From Candidatus Micrarchaeia archaeon (lineage in GTDB: Archaea > Micrarchaeota > Micrarchaeia > Anstonellales > J096), in contig JBGQMY010000006.1 in NCBI GenBank assembly GCA_041500865.1, forward strand, positions 1 through 53,475: a DNA stretch of 53,475 nucleotides. Reading direction: 5' to 3'. Shown piece by piece: positions 7,852 to 15,331 of this stretch. The translations under genes and the position numbers were made by a program. Each line of letters starts with the position of its first letter. Positions within the stretch are counted from its first letter, which is position 1. The notes under the pieces were generated by a model that saw only the letters and a program-made list of their open reading frames with translations, was not told the origin of the DNA and ran no database searches.

Positions 7852-8808
7852 TCAGCCGCCCAATGCCCGTCTTAACCTTTCATTTGCCTTAGCGTACGCC
7901 GTTCCTATCTTTGAGGGCCTGAATATGCCGACATTGGTGATATACGCCGCAACATTATTCGCCGGCGTCTGGTCAAAGGCCGGGTTGAGGATTTTCAGCC
8001 CCTTTGGCGGCCTGTCCCAGACCTCCTTTGCGTCCCTGTTCTCTATTTTTCCGTATTCCCCCGGCTCAGTTTCAGGGTCAAACTTGAGCGCCTCTGCAAC
8101 GGACACGAATGGCTTTGCGTATGTTTTGAATATGACAGACAGCGTGCAGCTCCCTATCTTGTTTATCAGGTCTCCGTTTGGCGTTATGGCGTCTGCGCCG
8201 ACAACCGCCATATCCGCCTTTTTGGCATAAGTCGCCATTGCGCCGTCCACTATGAGATACGTTTTTATGCCGTGGCCCGCCAGCTCTGCGGCGGTTATCC
8301 TGCCCTGGTGCCTTGGCCGCGTTTCGCAGACAAACACCCTTTCTACCTTGCCCATGTCATGCGCCTTCTTTATCACGTTTGTCACTGACGACGAATGGCA
8401 ATACGTCATGACCACTGTCCCGTTTTTTATGTAATTGGCGCCTTCTTCCGCCATCCTTCCCCTGTCCTTTTCCATCATTTTCTCGATGTTTCCAATGGCT
8501 GTTTTTATCCTTTCCCTGGCATTGCCGGCTGTGCCGTCTTCCTTGGCCGCAGCTGTCCCGTATTTTATTATTCCTGAAATGATTGCCCTTGTCATAGGCT
8601 CCGTAGGCCGTATGTTCATTACACGTATCCCTATCTTGCCCATCTTTTTTGCGAATTCCCTGCTGTTTTCCGCCCTTGTCTCGTCTGCAGCAAGCCTTAT
8701 TGCATGGAGTGAGCCGAGCGCGACGTTCCTGGCGCCCTGTATCTTTAGCGCCCCTATGTCCCTTTCCATCTCCTTCCAGCTCTTGTATTTCGAAAAATCG
8801 GCTGCCAT
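7852..8808 (-). CDS. Ribose-1,5-bisphosphate isomerase (eIF2B alpha/beta/delta family)
   Basis: KIQGARNVA, MTYCHSSSV, ETRPRHQGRITAAEL, GADAITPNGDLINKIG, NPAFDQTP; closer to R15P isomerase than to MtnA (no VRGAPAIG or THCNAG). Confidence 0.8.
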   Translation of the reverse strand: MAADFSKYKSWKEMERDIGALKIQGARNVALGSLHAIRLAADETRAENSREFAKKMGKIGIRVMNIRPTEPMTRAIISGIIKYGTAAAKEDGTAGNARERIKTAIGNIEKMMEKDRGRMAEEGANYIKNGTVVMTYCHSSSVTNVIKKAHDMGKVERVFVCETRPRHQGRITAAELAGHGIKTYLIVDGAMATYAKKADMAVVGADAITPNGDLINKIGSCTLSVIFKTYAKPFVSVAEALKFDPETEPGEYGKIENRDAKEVWDRPPKGLKILNPAFDQTPANNVAAYITNVGIFRPSKIGTAYAKANERLRRALGG

Positions 8809-8830
8809 GATGCGTTTTCTGCCTTGTGTT

Positions 8831-9547
8831 TTAAATTCTTAACTGCGACACCAGGGCCTTCACCAGCCTTTCAAGCTGGCCCTCCTCCACTTTCATTATG
8901 CCGATTACCTCGCCAGCGGAGAGCCTGTTGTTTGTCTGCCCGGATGCGTAGTTCGTGCCTATGCATATGCCTGCCATCGGAATCCTGAGCTCGTGTATGA
9001 GGGACGCCTCGTATGCGTTGGTCATGCTGACCAGGTTCGCGCCAAGCGCCTTTAGCGCGGCTATCTCCGCCCTTGTCTCAAACCTGGGGCCTATCGTCGT
9101 TGCGACTATGCCGCCCCTTTCCAGCATTATGCCATTCTCCTTGGCTATGTCCATTACCCTGTCCTGCAGCTCGGCGCTGTAAGGCTCAAGGAAGTCCGCA
9201 TGCACGACACCTTTCCTGAAGCTGTCGTAGAAGGTCGCCTTTATCCCCAGGCCAATGAAGTCGTCCGCAAGAACAAGGTCCCCTGACCTGTAGTTTGAAA
9301 TTATTCCGCATGCGTACGTGGCTATTACGGCGTCAACTTCGCATTCCCTGAGCGCCCATATGTTGGCCCTGTAGTTTATTGCATGCGGAGGAAGCGTATG
9401 GCCGCTCTTGTGCCTCGGTATGAACACAAAGTCCTTTTTGCCTATCTTTCCGTCAAATACATAGGCGTCGCCATAGGGCGTCCTTGCCCTCCTTTCCTTG
9501 CCTTCGCCCAATGAATAGAATCCGCTTCCCCCGATTATGCCGAGCAT
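8831..9547 (-). CDS. MTAP-family purine nucleoside phosphorylase
   Basis: Starts MLGIIGGSG; TPYG, PRH, PPHAINYRANIWAL, GPRFETRAE, VSMT motifs. Start moved from 9727. Confidence 0.9.
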   Translation of the reverse strand: MLGIIGGSGFYSLGEGKERRARTPYGDAYVFDGKIGKKDFVFIPRHKSGHTLPPHAINYRANIWALRECEVDAVIATYACGIISNYRSGDLVLADDFIGLGIKATFYDSFRKGVVHADFLEPYSAELQDRVMDIAKENGIMLERGGIVATTIGPRFETRAEIAALKALGANLVSMTNAYEASLIHELRIPMAGICIGTNYASGQTNNRLSAGEVIGIMKVEEGQLERLVKALVSQLRI

Positions 9548-9567
9548 GCGTATATTCGGAAAGCAGA

Positions 9568-10098
9568 TTATATAAAGTTGCCCTTGCCCTTGAGGGACAG
9601 GCACGTTTTGTTGGTTCCCTGTATCTCCCTTTCCCCTTTGAAGATTTCTATCGCAATCGGGTCGGCATCTTCGGATGCGCTTGCGATTAGGCGTATGTTT
9701 TGGCCTTCCTTCCTCCCATCCCTCCATTTTCCTATTAGCTTGAAATCAAGCACGAATACCTTGTTTGCGCCGTCCAGCCTGTATGCGGCCGCAAACGTCA
9801 CGATGCCTTCCAGAAGCTCCTTCAAGTCATTCTTTTCCATTTTAAGGATGGCATTTGCGCTTTCGGAAAGCAGTGCCTCGAATTTCATGGCATTTGGGAT
9901 GGTTTCGTTTTTCCTTGGGTTTATGCAAGGTATGGTTTCCGCCTTGCCGTCGCCTTTTAGCATTATCATGGCATGGCCAAAGTTCTCTATCGTGACAAGC
10001 GCCCTGAGCCTCATTTTTTGGTCTGCCAGCCCATGGTATCTGCCAAGCTGCGCTGCATGGACCGGGGTTCTTGCGGCTTTGCTTGCCAAGGCGTTCAT
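9568..10098 (-). CDS. Hypothetical protein
   Basis: 176-aa ORF with upstream AT-rich TATA-like region, co-oriented with the MTAP gene. Confidence 0.6.
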   Translation of the reverse strand: MNALASKAARTPVHAAQLGRYHGLADQKMRLRALVTIENFGHAMIMLKGDGKAETIPCINPRKNETIPNAMKFEALLSESANAILKMEKNDLKELLEGIVTFAAAYRLDGANKVFVLDFKLIGKWRDGRKEGQNIRLIASASEDADPIAIEIFKGEREIQGTNKTCLSLKGKGNFI

Positions 10099-10142
10099 GT
10101 TGTATATTGTAGTAATAAATGTTTAAGAATGTGCCGTAAGTC

Positions 10143-10386
10143 CTTTTCCTTGCGAAGAAAAAGCAGTTGGGGAAAGAAAAAGCATAGAGGGCGCCGCAGC
10201 GCCCAAAACGCTTCTTTTGGGGTGAAAGCAAAAGTAGTTTTCTTTCCCAAAGCGCTTTCTTTTTCAAATGCCTTCTTTTGAACCCAAGGCCTCTATCGTA
10301 GTTTTTCTTTCCGCAGGAGCTTTCCTTTTTCTAAAAAGAAAGGGAGCATTTTTCCCAGGGGCTTTTTCTTCTCAAAGAAAAAGGGC
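10143..10386. repeat. Cluster of nested inverted repeats (REP/MITE-like or structured RNA) downstream of tRNA-Cys
   Basis: Hairpins CTTTTCCTT-GCG-AAGAAAAAG, GGGCGC-CGCA-GCGCCC, CCCAAAA..TTTTGGG, CTTTTTCTT-CTCA-AAGAAAAAG; long-range pairing of GGAAAGAAAAAGCATAGAGG with CCTCTAT..GTTTTTCTTTCC. Confidence 0.7.
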
Positions 10387-10388
10387 CT

Positions 10389-10459
10389 AGCTGGATGAGG
10401 GAGTCGAACCCCCCTAGTCCGCTCTGCAGGCGGATACATAGCCGATCTGCCAATCCAGC
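10389..10459 (-). tRNA. tRNA-Cys(GCA)
   Basis: Reverse complement GCTGGAT...TCCGC-CTGCAGA-GCGGA...GGTTCGACTCC...ATCCAGC-T with U discriminator. Confidence 0.93.
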
Positions 10460-10574
10460 GCACTGATAATAGTTGGAGCATCGCTTTTAATATCTTTTTA
10501 TGTGTTATTTAAAGACTAATTGTGTCTATAAGGTTTATAAACTGTTGCGCGCAATATATGCGTTGGTGCAATGG

Positions 10575-10868
10575 ATGGAACAGCCAATGCTTGATGCGAA
10601 AGAGAAGGCGGCGCAAGCCAGCAAGGAATCGTCATCATCAACCTATGGCAAAAAAATGGCGAGGGAGAGCATAATATCATTAAGGGCATTGCACCTTTCA
10701 TCCAAGGACGCGGCATTTGCGCTCGGCAGCCCGGTCGCCGCAACCAGGAGGACGCACAGCCTCAGCAGGAGGCTCAACAACGCCGCGGCGCTTGAAATAA
10801 GGCCGGAGCTGGTCGCCAGGGACCTGTCCGACATCGCTGGCGCAATGAGGGAAATCAGGAAGGCGTGA
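10575..10868 (+). CDS. Hypothetical protein
   Basis: ORF with TTTATAAA box at ~10534 and GGTG before ATG 10575. Confidence 0.55.
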   Translation: MEQPMLDAKEKAAQASKESSSSTYGKKMARESIISLRALHLSSKDAAFALGSPVAATRRTHSLSRRLNNAAALEIRPELVARDLSDIAGAMREIRKA

Positions 10869-11155
10869 CTATGGGATATGCAGCAAAGGACACGGTTTCT
10901 GCCCCGAAGGAGACGGCCGCCACCGGATTCATATCAATAAAGAGAGTAGCGGATGCCTTCAGGAGCGCGGCCAAATGGTTTGAATCGCAACATACAAAAT
11001 CCGCTTCCGATACGGCGACCGCCCCGGTCGCCCAGCTCCAGAAGAACCTCGACACAGTAATACCCCTTCTTGGAACCGGCGCCGCCAGGAACGCGGTGAG
11101 CGCCCTAAAATCCGAAAACAAGAGGATAGAGGAAACAATCAACGGAATCAACTGA
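10865..11155 (+). CDS. Hypothetical protein
   Basis: 96-aa ORF translationally coupled (GTGA overlap) to the previous gene. Confidence 0.55.
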   Translation: MTMGYAAKDTVSAPKETAATGFISIKRVADAFRSAAKWFESQHTKSASDTATAPVAQLQKNLDTVIPLLGTGAARNAVSALKSENKRIEETINGIN

Positions 11156-11186
11156 TTTTTAAACTCCTCCAGTTCATCTTTTTTCA

Positions 11187-12419
11187 ATGAGGATAATCGC
11201 GGATTTTCACGTTCACAGCAAATACGCAAGGGCATCTTCGCCGCACATGGACCTGGAGAGCATCTCAACCCAGATGGGCGTAAAGGGCATAGGCCTGATG
11301 GCGACAGGCGACTACCTGCATCCGAAATGGCTTGCCGAGATAAAGTCAAAGACGAAGGAGGAGAACGGGCTCCTGGATTTCAACGGCAGGAAATTCATAC
11401 TTTCGACAGAAGTGTGCCTTGTCTTTGAAAATCCCGAGACCATAGGCAGGTCCGTGAAGATGCATGTTCTCATCCTTACCGACAGCCTGCGCTCCGCTGA
11501 GATGATTGCGGACGTCGTGTCCAAAAGAGGGAGCCTTGACACCGACGGCAGGCCCCTGCTCAGCATGTCAGGCAGCGAACTGATAGATTTTGTTTCTTCT
11601 GTTGACCCGCGCGCGGTCTTCATACCCGCGCATATCTGGACGCCGTGGTTCTCGCTCTTCGGCTCAAAGTTCGGCGTAAGGGACCTGAAATCCGCATTCC
11701 CGGACAAAAGGGAGAAAATAGTCGCGATGGAGACAGGGCTTTCAAGCGACCCTGAGATGAACTGGGCCATTTCGTCATTGGACCCGTTTGCGCTCGTCTC
11801 CAACTCGGACGCCCACAGCCCGGAGAAAATAGGCAGGGAGGCTAACGTGTTTGAGCTCAACGAACTCAGCTTCGATTCAATCATAAACTCACTCAGGACA
11901 AGGCAGGGCTTTGTCAAGACTTACGAGTTCTACCCGCAGGAAGGCAAGTATTTCAACGACGGGCATCGGGACTGCGGCACGAACTTCTCCCCGGAAGAGG
12001 CGGAGAGCATGGGCAACATATGCCCTGTCTGCAGAAGGCCGCTGACGCTAGGCGTTTTGCACCGGGTTTCCCAGCTTTCTGACAGGAAAAAAGGGGAGAA
12101 GCCGGCAAAGACAGTGCCGTTCCAGCACATAATCCCGTTGCCCGCCGTCATAGCGAAGGCGCTGGGAAAAACAGAGCACACAAAAGGGGTTTATGGGGCG
12201 TACAGCAGGCTCATATCGTATTTCGGCAACGAGTTCAGCGTTTTCGAGGCAAAGGAAAGGGAGCTGCGCCTTGCGATAGACGGGAGCATTGCGGATGCCA
12301 TACTCGCGGTCAACAGCGGGAACGTTTCGTGGAAGCCGGGCCATGACGGCCTGTTCGGCGAGTTCAGCTTCGGCGAAACCAAGAAGTCGGCAAAAATGAG
12401 GACGCTCAACGACTTTTAA
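11187..12419 (+). CDS. endoQ: Endonuclease Q family (PHP domain plus Zn ribbon)
   Basis: DFHVHSKYARA, PAHIWTPWFS, ETGLSSD, SNSDAHS, GKYFNDGHRDC, CPVC, PGHDGLFG; C-terminal PIP-like MRTLNDF. Confidence 0.9.
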   Translation: MRIIADFHVHSKYARASSPHMDLESISTQMGVKGIGLMATGDYLHPKWLAEIKSKTKEENGLLDFNGRKFILSTEVCLVFENPETIGRSVKMHVLILTDSLRSAEMIADVVSKRGSLDTDGRPLLSMSGSELIDFVSSVDPRAVFIPAHIWTPWFSLFGSKFGVRDLKSAFPDKREKIVAMETGLSSDPEMNWAISSLDPFALVSNSDAHSPEKIGREANVFELNELSFDSIINSLRTRQGFVKTYEFYPQEGKYFNDGHRDCGTNFSPEEAESMGNICPVCRRPLTLGVLHRVSQLSDRKKGEKPAKTVPFQHIIPLPAVIAKALGKTEHTKGVYGAYSRLISYFGNEFSVFEAKERELRLAIDGSIADAILAVNSGNVSWKPGHDGLFGEFSFGETKKSAKMRTLNDF

Positions 12420-12442
12420 CTGTATTCTTTATTTGTTGTTTC

Positions 12443-13000
12443 CTACTTGCGGTTCAAGCCGTTGCTTATTATCTTGCTTGTCTTCAGGGCTTCAGGCCTG
12501 TAGGAGTGCTCTACCCTCACCACCTTTGCCCTGCCAACATCAGCCATTCCCTTCTGGTCATAGCCGAGCGCTATTATGTCAGGATTGACAATCTCTATCG
12601 TGTTGATGTAGTCCTTTTCGCTCCTTATCTCCCTTGCCCCGGGTATGGCCAGGTCAACCATCCTGAGGTTGTTGAGTATTTCCACCCTTTCGTCCAGGCC
12701 ATGGAGTGGCTCCCTGCCCTTTTTCCTTATGTGCTCGTCCCTGCCAACGACCACGATTAGGACATCGCCAAGCTCCTTCGCCTTTTTCAGGAAGAAGATG
12801 TGCCCAGCATGCAGCAGGTCGAACACGCCGCCTGCAAGGACAACAGTTATACTGTCCCTGCATTCGGGCTTCAGCGCATAGCGGTTTCCTTCCTTGCGCA
12901 GCATCGCCTTTTCGCCTTCATTGAGTTCAGGATATTGGCTCTCGCTGATGCCTTTCAGGGCCTTGATGTAAAGCGCCTTTATCGCGTGCTTTCCGTCCAT
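12443..13000 (-). CDS. Cytidylyltransferase-family nucleotidyltransferase, probable FAD synthase (RibL-like)
   Basis: GGVFDLLHAGH (HxGH), PDIIALGYDQ and KTSKII motifs. Confidence 0.8.
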   Translation of the reverse strand: MDGKHAIKALYIKALKGISESQYPELNEGEKAMLRKEGNRYALKPECRDSITVVLAGGVFDLLHAGHIFFLKKAKELGDVLIVVVGRDEHIRKKGREPLHGLDERVEILNNLRMVDLAIPGAREIRSEKDYINTIEIVNPDIIALGYDQKGMADVGRAKVVRVEHSYRPEALKTSKIISNGLNRK

Positions 13001-13055
13001 TGAGGCATTATTGCCGCCTATGCTTTAAAATCCTTTATAGCAAGGCATAAAGCGC

Positions 13056-13128
13056 AGCCCCGTAGTCTAGCGGTTAAGGATACCAGGCTTTGGACCTGGT
13101 GACCCCGGTTCGAATCCGGGCGGGGCTA
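13056..13128 (+). tRNA. tRNA-Gln(TTG)
   Basis: AGCCCCG/CGGGGCT acceptor, CCAGG-CTTTGGA-CCTGG anticodon arm, GGTTCGAATCC T-arm. Confidence 0.95.
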
Positions 13129-13185
13129 ATCAGTATCGTCTTGTCTGAAATACCGGCCAGCGTTCCGGATGAGAACCGGAGGCGA

Positions 13186-13202
13186 GAATCCGGGCGGGGC
13201 TA
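13186..13202 (+). repeat. 17-bp direct repeat of the tRNA-Gln 3' end (att-like)
   Basis: GAATCCGGGCGGGGCTA occurs at 13112-13128 and again at 13186-13202. Confidence 0.85.
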
Positions 13203-13234
13203 TTATTTTAAACCATTCCGCTTAAACGTCCATC

Positions 13235-13567
13235 ATGGCAGCATCAAACGTGGATGTAAAGGTTGGGGCTATCCAGGAATTCAAGGATTTCCTGAACGAG
13301 TACAAGGTGCTTGGGCTTGCGATTGCCTTCGTGATGGGCGTTGCGATAACGGCGTTGGTCAACTCATTGGTCGCAAACATAATAATGCCGATTGTAAGCG
13401 TCATCCTCCCGAAAGGGGATTGGCAGACGCTGACGGCAGCGGTCGGCCCGATTAGTTTCGGGGTTGGCGCTTTCCTGGCTGCATTGATAAACTTCGTGAT
13501 AATCGCCCTAGTCGTGTTCTTCATAGCGAAGTTCATGATGGGCGAGGCCAAAGTAACCAAGAAATGA
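13235..13567 (+). CDS. mscL: Large-conductance mechanosensitive channel family protein
   Basis: EFKDFL...VLGLAIAFVMG...LVNSLVANIIMP...GAFLAALINFVIIA. Confidence 0.9.
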   Translation: MAASNVDVKVGAIQEFKDFLNEYKVLGLAIAFVMGVAITALVNSLVANIIMPIVSVILPKGDWQTLTAAVGPISFGVGAFLAALINFVIIALVVFFIAKFMMGEAKVTKK

Positions 13568-13986
13568 GCGCAGAAAAGGACAGGCCGCGCGTCGGTGTCG
13601 GCGTGATAATAATAAAGGGCGGCAAGGTCCTGATGGGCAGGAGACACAATGCCCATGGCGACGGCGACTGGTCTCCTACTGGCGGCCACCTTGAATTCGG
13701 CGAAAGCCTGGAACATTGCGCAAAGCGCGAGGCGCTTGAAGAAGCCGGCGTGAAAATAAGGAACGTGCGCTTTGCAACAGTAACAAATGACATCTTTGAG
13801 AAGGAAAACCTGCACTACGTAACGCTAATCATGCTCGCGGACCATGATTCCGGAGAGCCCAGGCTGCTTGAGCCGGACAAGTTCACGGAATGGGGATGGT
13901 TCAGCTGGGACAGCTTGCCGCAGCCGCTGTTCATTCCGATAAGGAACCTGCTGAAATCAGGCTTCAGCCCGTTTGCAGCTAACTAA
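13564..13986 (+). CDS. NUDIX hydrolase (NUDT15/MutT-like)
   Basis: GGHLEFGESLEHCAKREALEEAG Nudix box; EPDK..WGWF. Confidence 0.92.
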   Translation: MSAEKDRPRVGVGVIIIKGGKVLMGRRHNAHGDGDWSPTGGHLEFGESLEHCAKREALEEAGVKIRNVRFATVTNDIFEKENLHYVTLIMLADHDSGEPRLLEPDKFTEWGWFSWDSLPQPLFIPIRNLLKSGFSPFAAN

Positions 13987-14139
13987 TCACTCTTCTTCCG
14001 CGAACTTCTTTATTGCCTCGTAATTTTCAACAATGAGCTTTGCCTTGGACTTCCCGAACATGAACGGGTACTTGTCGTCGTCGCTCCTTTTCAGTATGAT
14101 CATCTTGTTTCCCTTGAATTCTCCCATTTCAGCTACCAT
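13987..14139 (-). CDS. Small hypothetical protein (50 aa)
   Basis: MVAEMGEFKGNKMIILKRSDDDKYPFMFGKSKAKLIVENYEAIKKFAEEE; GGTGA SD and TTTATAAA box upstream. Confidence 0.75.
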   Translation of the reverse strand: MVAEMGEFKGNKMIILKRSDDDKYPFMFGKSKAKLIVENYEAIKKFAEEE

Positions 14140-14222
14140 TGAATCACCGTGCAATAGTTGTAATGATATCATTTATAAATTATTGCCAGCGCCTGCCGGC
14201 AAGGCGGCGCTCCGACGGGCGC

Positions 14223-14360
14223 CTACTTCCTTTTTCTGCGTTTCCTGGAGGTTTTGCGCGGCTTCGCCTTCTTTGCGGCCTTTTTTGCAGCCTTCCTTCT
14301 TCCCAAGCCTCCGAGCTTGGCCATCAATTTACTGTGTATTTCCTTTATTGTCCTTATCAT
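14223..14360 (-). CDS. Lys/Arg-rich microprotein (45 aa), absent from the ORF track
   Basis: MIRTIKEIHSKLMAKLGGLGRRKAAKKAAKKAKPRKTSRKRRKRK*; GAGGT SD overlapping the dph2 stop region. Confidence 0.6.
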   Translation of the reverse strand: MIRTIKEIHSKLMAKLGGLGRRKAAKKAAKKAKPRKTSRKRRKRK

Positions 14361-14365
14361 TTTGA

Positions 14366-15277
14366 TTACCTCTTTTTAGCATTCCACATTTTTATTAGTT
14401 CTTTCAGCATACCTATATTTATTATAGGCTTCCTGAAGCTTGCAGTGTCGTCAATCATCCTGGGGCACGCAGAATTGACGTATGCGTCAAAGAACATGAA
14501 GTTGTCTATGTCCTGGGCCCTCAGCTCATTGGAAACCAGGATATATGCCTTCCTGCCGGCCTTCTCTATGTCATTTTTGGCCATTTCTGCCGTTCCCAGC
14601 CCGAACTGCCCTGTCTTTGTTGACACAAGTATGCCAAAGACCTTGGCGCCATACGCCCTTGCAAGGCTTCCAAGCTCCCTTTTTTTGATTTTTTCAAGCT
14701 CGTCGTTTATCATTTTCCATTTGCCGCTGTAGGGATTGACTGAATAGACGGACTTGCCTTCCAGCCGCATCGCCGCAAGCGCGTGGAACATGCCATCAGC
14801 GATTATCGCTATGTTGTCAACGCCAATGTCAAGCGCAGAGGCGTCGCACCCAAGCACCTGGCCCTCGTGCCCGGAAAGCCTTCCGCGCCTTGTAAGTGCC
14901 TCTATTCCGTGCTTCGCGAAAAGCGCCTTCATCTCGTTCAGCTGCCCAATGTGCTGCGCAGTAGTTGCAATCCCCAATTTCCCCACGCCCTTTTTTGCCA
15001 GCATTTCAGCAAACCCGGACAGCAGGGAAACATCTATCCTTATCTCAAACGGCACATATTCAACAGGTATGCCTATGTCCGCCTTTCCGAAACTGCAGTG
15101 GCCGAAATGCACTATCTTGTCGGCCTTCAGCGCCTTCGCCTCCTCAGCAGGCAGGTCGCATGCCCCGTACGTCGCCCTGGCAAGCAGGAATACCTCGTTG
15201 CCTTCCTGTTCCAGCCTCTCGGCGTATTCCAGGGCATGCCTTTTCAGGCCTTCAGGGAACTGGAGCAGGATTCTCAT
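14366..15277 (-). CDS. dph2: 2-(3-amino-3-carboxypropyl)histidine synthase (diphthamide biosynthesis)
   Basis: LQFPEGLK, YGACD, VHFGH, GQVLGCD, DGMFH, ACPR (three Fe-S Cys). Confidence 0.95.
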   Translation of the reverse strand: MRILLQFPEGLKRHALEYAERLEQEGNEVFLLARATYGACDLPAEEAKALKADKIVHFGHCSFGKADIGIPVEYVPFEIRIDVSLLSGFAEMLAKKGVGKLGIATTAQHIGQLNEMKALFAKHGIEALTRRGRLSGHEGQVLGCDASALDIGVDNIAIIADGMFHALAAMRLEGKSVYSVNPYSGKWKMINDELEKIKKRELGSLARAYGAKVFGILVSTKTGQFGLGTAEMAKNDIEKAGRKAYILVSNELRAQDIDNFMFFDAYVNSACPRMIDDTASFRKPIINIGMLKELIKMWNAKKR

Positions 15278-15331
15278 ATGCTAAGGAAGGCAAGTAGAAT
15301 ATTTAAAAGGTTTAGGGGCTGAAGGTGAGCT

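Noticed and set aside
9842..10481. ORFs 9842-10267, 9973-10281 and 10293-10481 as proteins
   Set aside because: Low-complexity Lys/Phe translations of the palindromic element and the tRNA.
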